Shown here: piece after piece, positions 25,145-39,269 of the stretch
Layout: the number at the start of each line of letters is the position of its first letter
Numbering within the stretch: the first letter of the stretch is position 1
From: Octopus vulgaris
Lineage: Eukaryota
Length of the DNA stretch: 64,000 nt
NCBI GenBank assembly: GCA_951406725.2
Contig: OX597827.1
Coordinates: 73,780,001 to 73,844,000 of the forward strand
Direction: 5' to 3'
Notes under the pieces: model-generated
What the model was told of the DNA's origin: nothing
The model's input: only the letters and a program-made list of their open reading frames with translations
The model's database searches: none
Program-made: the position numbers and the translations under genes

Positions 25145-26910
25145 TAATATGTTACATTACTCAATAGTCAAGATAAAACTCTGAGTTTCAGATGCCGAAG
25201 TGGGAATCCACGACATCTCTTCGGTTATCTGGCTATTTGAAAACGCTATGAAAAAATACCGTTATACAAAGGGAAATTACTGTGTTATAACTCTGCTTGC
25301 CTGCGTACTTATACATCGCTCGCATTTTTCGCCATAAAAATTATATAAAAATATATAAAATCTTCTTGGGACATAACATAGAAAGCATGTTCTATCTGTT
25401 TTCTTTAGGGGACCAAAAACGTAACAGAAATTTAGTCACACGTGGGCATGCCCGAAAAGTTCTGTCCTTGTGTTTAGACATGTAGTAGGGTCTAAGCTGC
25501 TTTTCCAGATAAGCCATCTCTCCATGTCACATACATAGACCGCACCTTCCGCTGCCGTTGGTATAGGGCTTACATCTGGCCAAAATCTTCCAATGTATGT
25601 TATAATCGACACCTTTATCTCTTAAAGACCAAATATGATTAGATAATTGTGTCGCTTTTCTTTTGTTCCAGTGCCTAAAGCTCAAAGTGTGGTTATTGAA
25701 CCTGGCCTTGAAGTTACCCTCTGTAAGGCCCACGTATTTCTTCGTCGGAACGGTGCCTTTAGTGGTTATAGAGTTTACGGTAGCTTCATATATGATGGTC
25801 TTGGACATGCAAGCTCCATTTAGCGGGCACAATTCTTTATTCCTGCATGAACAGCTGTTTTCTTGTTGTGTTTTTTGTATGTTATGTTTGATTATGTTTT
25901 TAAAATTGATAGTGGAACTAAAGCTAATTTTTAAATTGTGTCTATTGAAGAGTTTCCTATAAGTATGGTTAACTGGAAAATGTCTATCTATCAATGCCAG
26001 GAAATATTTACCTATATTGAAGGCCACCTCAGGTGAGTAAGGGGCGTAAACCAGATGACCTTCCTATTTCTATTATTCCTTTTCCTTACTGTTGGGCTAG
26101 TAATGGGTGTATATTTTATTTTTTTGCTAAAACCACTATCTTCATGGGGGATGGCATGAACCTACATTAATATAACTTAGTCTATCATTGGGCTTCCTAT
26201 AAGGCTTATAAATATTCTTATTAAGATCTAAGGAAACGTCTAAGAAATTGACAACCGTCAGGTTAGTATCTATAGTTATACTAAGTCCGAAGTATTTCAT
26301 TAACTGGATAATATCCTTCCTAAAACGATCTTGTGCTGGTCCATTTGTATTAGCTGTTAAGGCGAGGGCATCATCTTTGTAGATGACGAAATGTACGTCA
26401 GGGAATGTCTTACCTAAGGTATCTAGGAGAAAAAGTTCAATTAGATCGCAGATGCCTGCCCCATCATATGAACCCATGCTCACATCGAAAGTGCCCTCTG
26501 TGTCGGTGTTTTTTACCCACTTTGCGTTCTCACTGAAAAGTAAGGTCTTTCTAGCACGGAAGATTATGTCCTTATCATTTGTACTAATTTCTATGAAGTC
26601 GCTAGCGAAGATGAGGGCATAAAAATCAACAATATCGAATTGTGTAAACCTCGCTTTTTTCTTATTCTTAATGGCTTTAAACCAGTCTACGACTTCTATA
26701 CTATTGGACCATTGTACTAGCCTAGTATCGGTCTTAATTTTCGCATTTATTATATCTAAAATTTCTTTACTAATAATCCCAAGTTTTGACTTGGCTGGGT
26801 TGATAAGCCTACATTTAGGGTTGGAAAGGAAGTTTTCTTTGTGATCTTTAATAGTAATAAAGGCACGCTCTTTTTTTAGCTTTGTACTCATACTATTGTA
26901 TCTTTTGCCG
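25145..26910 (-). mobile_element. Penelope-like retroelement (RT + GIY-YIG endonuclease + 3' LTR), 5'-truncated and frameshifted
   Basis: FITIKDHK..CRLINP, FDIVDFY, MGSYDGA, YKDDAL, FLDVSLD, SCHPP; IIYEATV..YVGLTEGNFKARFNNH; LTR matches the 48085-48365 repeat. Confidence 0.92.
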
Positions 26911-26929
26911 AGTAGCTCAATTAGGGTGA

Positions 26930-27260
26930 CTTAAACGAACCAGCATCCGTTCTCAAGCAGTAGTGCGGGGCAAACACAGGCACACACATATAAAAAGTCT
27001 CCACTCCACACTGTAAAGCGGTTGGCATTTCAAAGGTCATCCAGTTGTAAAAACCGTGCCAGTGCTGACCTCGTGCTGGTGCTACGTAAAAAAGTCCATT
27101 CTGTGGGGCGGATGGTGTGGGAAAAGCAATTCAACCATGAAAACCATGCCAAAACAGACACAGTAACCTCATGTATTATTCTAACTGGCCGGCCCCTGTC
27201 AAACGGTCTCACCCATGCAAGACTGGAAGACGGATATTAAAAGATTATAATGATGATGAT
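26930..27260 (+). mobile_element. SINE / RTE-type 3' tail remnant
   Basis: gttggcatt..ggtcatccagttgtaaaaacc...cccatgcaagactggaagacgg...(gat)n; related to 10470-10680. Confidence 0.55.
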
Positions 27261-27313
27261 GATATACATAGACATAGATATACGAACGTAGACACATCAA
27301 TATATAATAGTAA

Positions 27314-27347
<34 letters not shown>

Positions 27348-27348
27348 T

Positions 27349-27390
<42 letters not shown>

Positions 27391-28264
27391 TACAGTTGTA
27401 TATAATTATACAGATGTACAGACCCATTCACACACACACTTATATATATAAATAACTACATGTGAATCGTTAGCGATTTTCTTTCTTCCTCTGTCTTCCT
27501 TTCTATTGGACTTTCCTCTGTTTCTGAAGAAGAACGTTGTTGGAAACGTTAAACCATCTTTCTTTCCTTCCCTGAGCGTCTGCTAATACTTTACATGTAC
27601 CACGTCCTCACGTTGCTGTTTGTTTGTGTTTGTTCATCTATTTTACTTTTTGTAGACTTAAATGTATATATACACCGATATGCATATAAATACATAAAAA
27701 GATAAACATATATGGATACACCTATTCGTACACAAATAGTATTGCAATAGGTAAGCCCACAAAATAGTAAATTTTACTGATATATATATATATATATATA
27801 TACATATCATACACAAAGTTTGGAAAAGTCGTATGTGTTTGGTATTTTAGAGAAGAGGAAGTAAGTATCAAACGTAGATTAACCGTGAAAACATCAGAAA
27901 GATTGGGTATTCTACCCTTATAAAACGGAGAAAAAAACATTTGCCAGCAGTCGTTTATTGGATACTAACCGTCAGACATCGGTTGAGTAATCTACCATTA
28001 AGCAATAACTGACAATTATAACGCTGAATAATATCTTTTGGAATGCGACAACATTTTATAAAGAAACTTTAGAAGCGTCGAATGTGTTGATATTTTGCAG
28101 ACAAAAAGGCTCATTTGGAATACAGTTAAGCGGTGAAAAACAGCAGGTAGACAGGGTACTTTACCCACATAAGACGGAAAAAAGTTGCCAGCTGACGTCT
28201 ACGCGACATAGACCTGTATCCCTCAGATAACAGCTGAGTACTACAACTCAGCCGGTACCTACAT

Positions 28265-28983
28265 CAAGCAAGACAGCGGGAGGTGCAACCGAGTGACGAG
28301 TGATGGAACCATACAGAACGTATTCCTGCAGCATCCGAGCATTTATGACATGTGGAGTTATGTCGTAATACTGTTGTCACGTGTAGGACGAATCCGCTTA
28401 TCTGCTGGCTAGAAGAAGCAATCAGCATGCATGCATGTAGACACATGCACGCGCGCACACGCAACACATGCATATACACACACGCACGCACATACACCAC
28501 ACACAAAACACACACAACATAAACATACACGCACACATATATACATACAGACTGCCACTGACCATCCCATCTACGCATATGTGAAGAAACACACAACTAC
28601 ACAAATGACCACCACTTCTGTTACCACAGCTGCTGAATTAACAGACACAAAGATCACTCACACATACACACATAAACAGTTAATACCACACGCACACATA
28701 CATTTATGGCTTTATACACACACTCACACACTCGCACATACCCACACACACACTTCTTCGTATACTCTCTGGTCTTAGAAAGAACTTTTTCTTCATCCAA
28801 TCCCTTCCGATCATTTGAAAACGTAACTTCGAATCGTTAAACCTCTGTTTCCTTCCCTGAGCGTGTTTTAATACTTTGCATGTACCACGTCCATACGTTG
28901 TTTTTTTTTTTCTTGTGTTTTCTTCGTTTTATTTTTTGATTAACTAATGTGTGTGTGTGTGTGTGTGTTAGAGAGAGAGAGAG

Positions 28984-29066
<83 letters not shown>

Positions 29067-29400
29067 AGTGATGCACAGTGATTGCTTCTTCTTGCCACAT
29101 CACGAGGTACTCAATAGATAAGCAGATTCATACTACACGTGACAACAGCTTTATGACATAACTCCACAGGTCATAAATGTTCGGACGCTGCAAGAATACC
29201 TGCGTCATGGTTTCGTCATACCGTGCCACACCGCGGGCTGTCTTGCTTGACGTACAGCGTCCAATTTTACTGAAAGGTTCTCCACTGATATAGATTTGCT
29301 TCTCAGTTACGATACTGGAAATTTCGAAAATGCTGACTAATGTGATCCATCCATTCTCCACAACACTAGATACAATGACCTCTAAATCCAGAGTCCCACC
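28265..29400. mobile_element. Two oppositely oriented fragments of an L1/Tx1-like LINE 3' region flanking (CA)/(TG) microsatellites
   Basis: 28265-28425 is approximately the inverse of 29078-29250. Translation ARYDETMTQVFLQRPNIYDLWSYV resembles a decayed CCHC (zf-RVT) motif. Confidence 0.5.
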
Positions 29401-29639
29401 GATAACAGACTATGATATTCGGCAGGGAACGATGAACCATTGAATTGGCAACCTCGGAATACAGAAGTCACATGTAACAAATAGAAAACACCTGTAACTG
29501 CCCTACACGAACAAATGAACGACGCTATTTGATGCTGTGCAAAGTTTTGTGTAATTGTTTATACGATACAATGTTTTCATCTCTATATTTATATGTTTAA
29601 ATCCTCCCTGTTCAAATTTTGTTCGGTGAAATATGTTAT

Positions 29640-31193
29640 ATATGATTAAAATCGAAAGTGACATATTTTCAATTGTCCTGCAAAAATGGAGGTGGGAGTT
29701 TGATGACCAGAGAAAGGTAATTGGAGCAAATTATTATAGGCAATACTTGGACCTAATCGAACACGGTTGTCTTGGATAGTATTTATTCCGGGGCCGTTGC
29801 TACTGAAGCTAGGAAGAACACTGCTTCGAAGATCAGTATTAGAAACCACGACATTAGAAGCATTGCTATATAGTATCGAAATTGTATAAAGGTTATAATT
29901 GTAATTCGAGTGTAGATTTAAATCCTCTATGGTAGTATAAGAGCTAAGGAGAAGATCTGTCATTTTCATATCGCCGTGGTTTTAAGTCTTAATGTCATTA
30001 ATTCCAGAAGCATTGTTATCCGATCTAATGCTAGGGTTGGTAGGATTTTCCCGGTTAACCGTGTTACTATGAACTCGGTTAATGTGAAAGCCAAAAGAGT
30101 GGTTCACAGGACCTGAAGTTAGACGGCCGAGTTTGCTCCTATTAGAATCGGCAATTATAGATCCCAAATTTACGATTGTGAATATGACATTTTCATAGTG
30201 GGTTTCTTAAATATGGAATGATACTTATTTTAGGGTCGGAATTTAGAGTTTACGTTGTTTAACTTGAGAAGAAAACTGGAATGCAAACTATAAAGTCTCA
30301 CGTTTTCTACTCCTGGGGACCTTAGGGCCGTGTTTGGTATTGAGCTGTTCAGCGTTGGGTGATCGGAGTGCATCCACCTTAGAACTAGCCGAGTGATTAT
30401 TAGCGAGGGAAGCTTGCTGAGAGGCGCTAGTGCATAGAGAGGCAGGGCTTAGTCTGGGTAGGAAACTTAATATATCTAGAATAAAATAAAAGTTCTAGTT
30501 TGGTTTTCAGTCCAGTATTAGGGATATATGAGAACCTCTCAAGGAAGACGCTATTACGTAGAGTCTTTTTATAGTGCAGGGTGTGATAATGTAAGTAATC
30601 CTCATTGACGGATAGCCTAGAAATCCTAACAGAAATACCTTATGTTATATCAGACATATTTAGGATGATTAGACAGAACGCCGATGTAGTCTAAAGAGTC
30701 ATTACTCTTCTGGTAAGGCTAGTAGAGACTAGAATCTAAGTGAAGCGCCAGATCCCAGAAGGTGGTTACTTTATTCCTTTGTTCAAATAAGTTTTTAAAG
30801 AGTTTATCGAGGGCTTTACGGATACGCTCAGTGGACGATCCTGACGTCCCTGTATTTGTGAAAAATGTTCATTTGTTTATGAGAGAAGAAAGAGATATAC
30901 CAGGGTCGTGACTCGAGCAGAGTCTGAAGAATCTATGATGATATCGAAGAGATTTATGGTGGTAGTATGTGACCAGTATTCATTAAAAATAAAAACAAAC
31001 GTGCTTTTCAGCTGCTAAAATAATGTCAATGTCAAACTTAGAAAGAGAAGCAAGTTTCCCCGCAAACATTAGAGCCTTATTTAGAAGGATAACAGATATG
31101 AAAGCGTAAAAGCTCGAAATATCAAACTGGGGGAAGTGAGTATTAGATTTGTAAGGAACAGAGTGGTACCACATAATGATATCACGATTACTT
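29640..31193 (-). mobile_element. Degenerate Penelope-like RT element running into the gap
   Basis: SNRDIIMWY..KSNTHFPQFDISSFYAFISVILLNKALMFA..DIDIILAA parallels the RT at 26142-26891. Confidence 0.7.
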
Positions 31194-31293
31194 NNNNNNN
31201 NNNNNNNNNNNNNNNNNNNNNNNNNNNNNNNNNNNNNNNNNNNNNNNNNNNNNNNNNNNNNNNNNNNNNNNNNNNNNNNNNNNNNNNNNNNNN
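31194..31293. other. Assembly gap (100 N; likely a placeholder of unknown true size)
   Basis: Run of N. Confidence 0.99.
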
Positions 31294-31438
31294 CGCATCA
31301 CAATCACCTGGACATGATCCATTTACGTGGTTACATGGTAGGGAACAATGACAATGCTCTTTGCAACTATCACCAAAGCTACCACTGGAACATTCTGGAA
31401 TAAAGTATTGTTAGAAACGAATCCGGAGTATTCCGCCT

Positions 31439-31501
<63 letters not shown>

Positions 31502-31667
31502 GTGTTTTCCTTCTCTGGATCTTTCCTTTTCCTATGTTCCTGACAAAGAGCTCCGCTCGAAACGTAAAACCCTCCTTCTTCCCTTCCTTCCTGAGTATCA
31601 AATAATACAATATTTGTTCCACGTCCTTGCGTTTGTGTTTTCTCTTTGTACTTTCATGTTTGGATTA

Positions 31668-31941
<274 letters not shown>

Positions 31942-32101
31942 AGCAATTATGTCCCTACGTGAATTTGCATTTGCAGGAAGGCAGGTACTCACACATAAAC
32001 ACGTAAAGTCACTGAAATACATCTATTCACATATGTATGGATACCTATCCATGCATACATACATATTCACTTTTATATGTACCCAAGTAAACAGCATGCA
32101 C

Positions 32102-32155
<54 letters not shown>

Positions 32156-32544
32156 GTATATATATGTATGTATATGTAGATATATATATGTGTGTGTGTG
32201 TTTGTGTGTCTGTGACTGTGTGTGTATGTGTGTGTGAACACGCATGGCTCAGTGGTTAAGGATTGCGAGGTCATGCGTTCGATCTCCAGACGTGGCGTTG
32301 CGTTGTCTTCTAGAGCAAAACACTTCATTCCACGTTGCTCTGCGATCATTTCGTCACCTGGCATGGGGCACCCGTTGCCCCAGTGCAAATAATGTCGAAT
32401 TTCATTTGATCACTGCAAACAAATCATCTGCGTCGCTGTTTGCTAAGACATTGTCTAACGACGGTTTAGTCCATTATATATATATAAATATACATGTGTG
32501 TGTGTGTGTGTGTGTATGTGTGCATGTATATATATATATATATA

Positions 32545-33120
32545 TAATAATAAATATTAGGGAATAAATCCAAATTTACAGGGAAAAAAATCAGATTTAG
32601 GATTAAATCCAATTTTATAGTAAAATATTATAAAATATTATTAGAGACAAAACCACTATTTTGCAAAACAAACAAGGAAAGACTTAATCAATACATAAAA
32701 TTTTAATAAATAGTCAAAAAAACCGCCACTACAATCGTTTCTTGTCTTGATGGACAATCTTCAGGTGGACTTCCAATTACAAGTCAGTTTCAAATAATAT
32801 CTTGGTTCATTGCTTGTAAGCTTTTCTGGGCTGACTTACACTTTCTCTCTCTATCTATCCCTCTGTCTCTCTTTTATTTCCCCCTCTCCGCTCACTGTAA
32901 TGAACATTTTAAAAAGTAGACCTGCCTTCAGGAGCAAAATTGAAGGTAGTTTTAATACATATTCCAACATCAATTGATTTCATGCTGATTTGAAACTGAC
33001 TTGTAATTGGAAGTCCACCTGAAGATTGTCGATCAAGACAAGAAACGATTGTAGTGGCGGTTTTTTTGACTATTTATTAAAATTTTATGTATTGGATTAA
33101 GTCTTTCCCGTCTGTTTTGT
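32545..33120. mobile_element. Penelope-type LTR inverted pair with hammerheads (32726-32768 minus, 33015-33057 plus) enclosing captured flanking DNA
   Basis: Same sequence as 8376-8825. The spacer 32796-32987 is a copy of 33684-33878. Confidence 0.8.
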
Positions 33121-33152
33121 GTGCAGTGCCTCTGTCTCTATCAATAAATAAA

Positions 33153-33246
<94 letters not shown>

Positions 33247-33268
33247 CATATATATATTTGTATTTATA

Positions 33269-33327
<59 letters not shown>

Positions 33328-34498
33328 CTGTGTGTGCGTATGTGTGTGTGTGTATGTATGTATGTATGTATGCTATGTCAGGTCACTTTCAGAGTACTAC
33401 TGGTAAGATATAACCCAGTACAACCTGTTGCAATGCAAGCCACATCTGAACTTTCTGCATATATTTAGATGTACTCGTGTTAATCATCATGAAAACAATA
33501 AGAGATAAAGTAATCAATGAATACATTTACCTTTCTTATTGTGTGTGTGTGTGATTGTAGATAGTCTCTTGAACTCTTACAAACAGCATCTATTTCTCTC
33601 TTATTTTACAGTTTTAAGAAAAGAAAAGATTTTTGCATAATGTAGTATTTGATATAGAAAAGAGCGAAGATACTTCTGTCTGGAATATCTTGGTTCATTG
33701 CTTGTAAGCTTTTCTGGGCTGACTTACACTTTCTCTCTCTATCTATCCCTCTGTCTCTCTTTTATTTCCCCCTCTCCGCTCACTGTAATGAACATTTTAA
33801 AAAAAAGTAGACCTGCCTTCAGGAGCAAAATTGAAGGTAGTTTTAATACATATTCCAACATCAATTGATTTCATGCTGTGCATGATAAAACATGCCCGGC
33901 AATCCTCATTTCGAGGCAGTATTAACATCTATTTCTAAAATATTTAAAGTAATTAACATATTTTTCTAAAATATTCATTACGTCAACTCGTGAACGTTTC
34001 TAACTTTTGGGCAATGAAATGTTACCGAAGTATTTATCACGAATCATAGTAGTTACATTACTACCACCCCTACTACCTATACACCTGTGATAAGTTGTAA
34101 GCATGGAAATAGTGGCATTTATTCTGTTCCTGACATTTTTTAATAAGTCCATTGTTGCCAGGTCATAGTTTCAGATTGTTTCTATATTACGTGTTTTGCA
34201 CGTTACTTGTGTTATCGTATCAATACATTAATGCGTGTACCTCTACGGACACAGGAAAACTAGTGATTTATTAATTACTGTCTTCCTGTTTCAGTAGAAC
34301 TAAATTTGTTTACATATTCCATAGCTACTGAATACCTGCAACAAATGACGGTGAAAAAAAAATCTAGATTTAAACAATTTAACGTTTTGTCTGATTTTTA
34401 TCACAACACACGAATGTGAGATGTGATCACGTGCAACGAACGCCGCAGTTTTTTACTTTGTGCATTATATCCACGTAGGCCATGCGAAGTATATATAT

Positions 34499-34569
<71 letters not shown>

Positions 34570-34844
34570 GTGTGTGTGTGTGTATGTCTCCGAATGATTA
34601 TGTAACACACAGACACGCACGCGCACACTTACAGATATATACATAGTTATTACGAGTCAAATATTTCCTGATTTCTTTACGAAGATTTTTGTGAATGAAT
34701 GCTTGAAAAGCATAATTGTTATAAACCCGTGTAGTCCTCATTTCCACTCGCACATTATTAAAATAACAGGAAATATTTAGAAAGAGACGAATTCACAGGC
34801 TGAGACATATTTTTTTAAAAATATAATGTAGACTTAAATTATAC

Positions 34845-34980
34845 CTTGTTGACAATTATCACCGTCATATCCAGCAGCACACCCATCTGGACATGTCCCA
34901 TTTCGTCTGTCTTTACTTTTTGTTGTCAACACAGTGACATATATCTTTACAATTTACACCAAATTTATCTCCTTTACATT
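34845..34980 (-). pseudogene. Disrupted type B EGF exon (KCKGDKFGVNCKDICHCVDNKK* / DRRNGTCPDGCAAGYDGDNCQQ)
   Basis: Splice sites are intact, but the exon is 136 nt. The Cys codon is replaced by TAA plus one extra A (stop at 34913-34915, then a frameshift). Confidence 0.85.
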
Positions 34981-35220
34981 CTGAAAATATTGGTATAAAC
35001 AAATTATATTAGATATCATTTACTGAATATAATAAAATGTATGTCTATAATACGTTTCTACTTAAGAAATATAATTAAGATTTTGCATGCCTGTAAACAA
35101 ACATTAAACATTGTTTCGCTTGACGTAATATGTTCTCATAAACAAGATTGAACAGGTAGAGACATTAAATGAAATATAAAACATAATTTAATAATTTTGG
35201 AATGAAGTATAGAAAATTAC

Positions 35221-35242
35221 CTTCTTGACATCTGGGGCCGTT
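35221..35242 (-). pseudogene. 3' remnant of a type A EGF exon (GPRCQE|gtaatt); the rest is deleted
   Basis: Same CAAGAAG|gt end as the type A exons. The adjacent intron 34981-35220 is homologous to introns 45731-45994 and 48970-49230. Confidence 0.7.
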
Positions 35243-35819
35243 TCTGGGCTGACTTACACTTTCTCTCTCTATCTCTCTGTGTCTCTTTTATTTTCTCTCT
35301 CCCATCACTCTCCATTCCTGCAGCCGTCAGCAATCATGGAACTAGAACTCTAAACCAATATCTGACGATTCAGCACTAGTGATGTCAGCAAGTTCTCGGA
35401 AGACAAGACCCCCTCAATTAAATGGGGTATAATATGGAATCTCTAAATAGGACAACTAATATTATGGAACTCTTCAAGAATTGTAAGGAACAGTCTACAA
35501 TTAGCTCGTTACAATAAATGTACAACGTCTGCAATTAGCTTGTCAAAAGAAATAAGACAATTTAAGTAGTTTCCTTTTTAAAAAATATAGAGTATTAGGA
35601 TAATACTTGGATTAAACGTAACAATGAAGAAATAACGTCAGAGATATCCAGATACTAAATTAAAGTCTATAAGCCTCTCCGATGCCCCAAACAGCATATA
35701 TAACATAAATTTTGTTTTAGAATTCTCGCGTAAACTGGTGTTGCAAATGGAGTCAGTATGAAACAAGTTTAACTTATAATTAAAGATGAGTTAAAGTATT
35801 TTCCTTGTCTTCTTCTTTT

Positions 35820-35980
<161 letters not shown>

Positions 35981-36009
35981 TATATACAATGAAAAGAAGA
36001 AGACATATA

Positions 36010-36047
<38 letters not shown>

Positions 36048-36159
36048 AATTGTTAATTTGTATCGTCTTCTAACTGTTTTACGCACATATGAATTTCTTG
36101 TCCCAGTTTATATTTTTCTACATAATATATATACTGCGGCGTCCGTACCATCGTTGGCC

Positions 36160-36221
<62 letters not shown>

Positions 36222-38919
36222 AGTGGAGAAAGACTGTATTTATGGTTATTAATGGGATTCACCACAATTATTTAATAGACAGCATGAAGCAGTCTCTTCA
36301 TGCAAACATAAGTTCTATTCTACATTTAGGTTCTTCCACAGGTCCATATGCAAGCAAATCAACACGCATAATACTTTCTTAACTACATTCATCATTTCAA
36401 TATACGTGCGTTTTTCCTTCATCTATTTATACATTTACCTCAACATAAGTATCTTAGAAGTTCCCCTACTGCAATGCTCTTTTTAATTCTTAAGGCATCC
36501 ATTTCTAGAATTTACCTCCCTTACTGACCACTGAACTAAAGTTTATTCTTTCTCACCACGCTGAACCTAGAATTCTTCTATCTACTGAATTACCCTTTAA
36601 TAGCATAAATGCCTTCCTTCTCCACTTTACCAATACCAACCTTTAACCTCTCACCCGGAATCTACCCTGACGAAGAATGATGCCGGTCTCTTCCCTTTTA
36701 TCTTTCTCTTACTTGTTCTTTTCTTTTTATTTTCGCTTTCGCTCTCACTCTTTCTATTTCCAGTACCTATCCTATTCCTTTCTTGTCTCTCTTCTATTCA
36801 CTCACTCACACCTACCACTTTCTCTCAAATCTATCCTGATGTTTGTCTCCCCCACACAATAAAAACACCATTTTTGTTCTTACAAGATAATCAATTAATC
36901 TATTCATTCAATCTGAATACAACATTCCACATACTGCCTAGATTTACCTGGATTATACTTAAAGGACTATACCTTCATGGAATTACAGACTAATTTCCAC
37001 TTTGCCTTCTCGAATAAGATGAGCTGTGAACTTTATTCCCATGTCTTTCTTCTATATAATGTGAATTCTCTGCCTAGAAATTTCCTACATATATAACATA
37101 TTGTCTCTTATTATGGACCACCCAGTGTGTGAGGTTGACCCATCACCTGGGATATACGATGGGCTTTCTTCAGTTTCCTCCTACCGATCCACTCACAAAG
37201 CTTCGGTTGGCCCTAGGTTATATTACAAGACATTTGCCTAAGATGCCACGCAGTGTGACTGAATCCACAACCATGGGTTTGGGAAACAAGCTTCCCACCA
37301 CAGGGCCAGATCTGCGCCTTCCCTATATATTTAATTTTTCTTTTCTTGCTCATCATTACGTACATAATATATAAAGTAATCAACGAATACGTGTATGTGT
37401 GTGTGAGTGTATGTGTGTGTGTATTTATAGAGACTCTCTTGAACTCTTACAAACAGCATTTACTTCACATCATATTTTACTGTTTCAAGAGAAGGAGAAA
37501 TTTATGTATAATGTAGTATTTGATATAGAAAAAGAATGAGATACTAACATGTCTGGAGTTCTTTCGGGCATAGCTTGTACGCTTTTCTCGAACTGACTTA
37601 CTCGCTCTCTCTCCCCTCTCTATTCTTGCAGCCGTCAGCAATCATGAACCTGGACCTCTAAACCAATGTCTGAGGATTCCTGATGTTTCTTATGCAAGAT
37701 ACAGCAGCAGTTCTCGTTACCTACAACCGTTTATTTACAGTTTATTCTGTTATCTCCTAATCTCAAAATTTTATCCTTGAGCTACAATGTTTATTTCATC
37801 ATAAACAGTGGAAATGATTCGTGTGCCATCAAGTCACACTGCGATAGGCTTACGTAACATAAGCCAAGGATTTAACCCTTTTACAAAACCTGAATGCCTT
37901 AGCCACAAAACCCTCATCTGCTAAAATGGGCCCTTGTACTGAAAATAAATTTCTTGGTAACTGAATCCGGTGTATTCTACATTGAAATCACCCGGATACG
38001 GTCCTTTACTGTGGTAATATTTTTCGGAACAACGACAAGATATTTTATATTGGAGACCAAATGTGTTACTATATCAGGCTAATATTAAGATGATTATATG
38101 GGAATTCCTCTCAGAACATATTTACGATACCATTGTGTACATTGTTTACTGAAATCATGAAGACGCTTTAATCAGATTAGCGTGTGGAATACACAAAAAT
38201 CTATACTAACATAACACCTACAATTGTTATATACTTCATTTCCTTACGTCAGTGATGTGTTTAAATCCTTCAATGAAAATAGCTCCATTAATAAATATAA
38301 AAACCTAAACACACAACTACAATCTGTATGGTCATAAATATAATGACTATAATACAAAATATCCGATCAGTTAATGACATCATATATAGGACAAATAATC
38401 TTGTGAGAAATCTTCCATCATCATAAGGAAATGTTTCTCCCTAACTTTTAGTAATTCACTATTTCAATAATTGCCTAAATTTAAAAAGAGAATAATAAAT
38501 GTTATTTAAACCATCAAGCGAAGTTTATACTTTTAACGAACATTATGGAATAAAAGACACAAGTTACTGATATTTCACCATAAATATAAGCGATTTAACG
38601 ATATCTGTTTATATTTATAAGCATTCCCTGTATATATGGCTTACCACAGGTAATAAAACGAACTGATTTATGAAATATAGAATATATGGCTGTTTTCAGA
38701 TTAAATCAATTAAAAGTGGCAACCAAGAAATAATGTCAGGGATATCCAGACACAAAATTGAAGTCTATAAGAATATGTCTGTTTAGAAGTCAGGTGTTTT
38801 TGCGTGTATGTATTGACTGCTTCATATATATTTACACGATCACAAACAAACACACACTAACATACATGCACATGTAAATACGTATATATGTGGAGGTATG
38901 GATGGACGGATATATACTT

Positions 38920-39266
38920 ACATGCATACATACATACACCAATACATACATACATACATTCATATACATACATTCACATACATTCACACATACATACACA
39001 TACATACATACATACATACATACATACATACATACATACATACACATGTATACATTCACACATACATACATACACACACGCGCATACATACATACATACA
39101 TACATATATACATACATACATACATGCATTACATACATACATACATACATACATTCATACATACATACATTCATACATACATACATACATTCATACATAC
39201 ATACATTCATACATACATACATACATACATACATACATACATACATACATACATACATACATACAT
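38920..39266. repeat. (CATA)n microsatellite
   Basis: Direct reading. Confidence 0.95.
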
Positions 39267-39269
39267 AAT

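Noticed and set aside
37880-38140. Coding-looking minus-strand stretch (YYHSKGPYPGDFNVEYTGFSYQEIYFQYKGPF)
   Set aside because: Interrupted by stops and frameshifts, with no recognisable domain or splice context.
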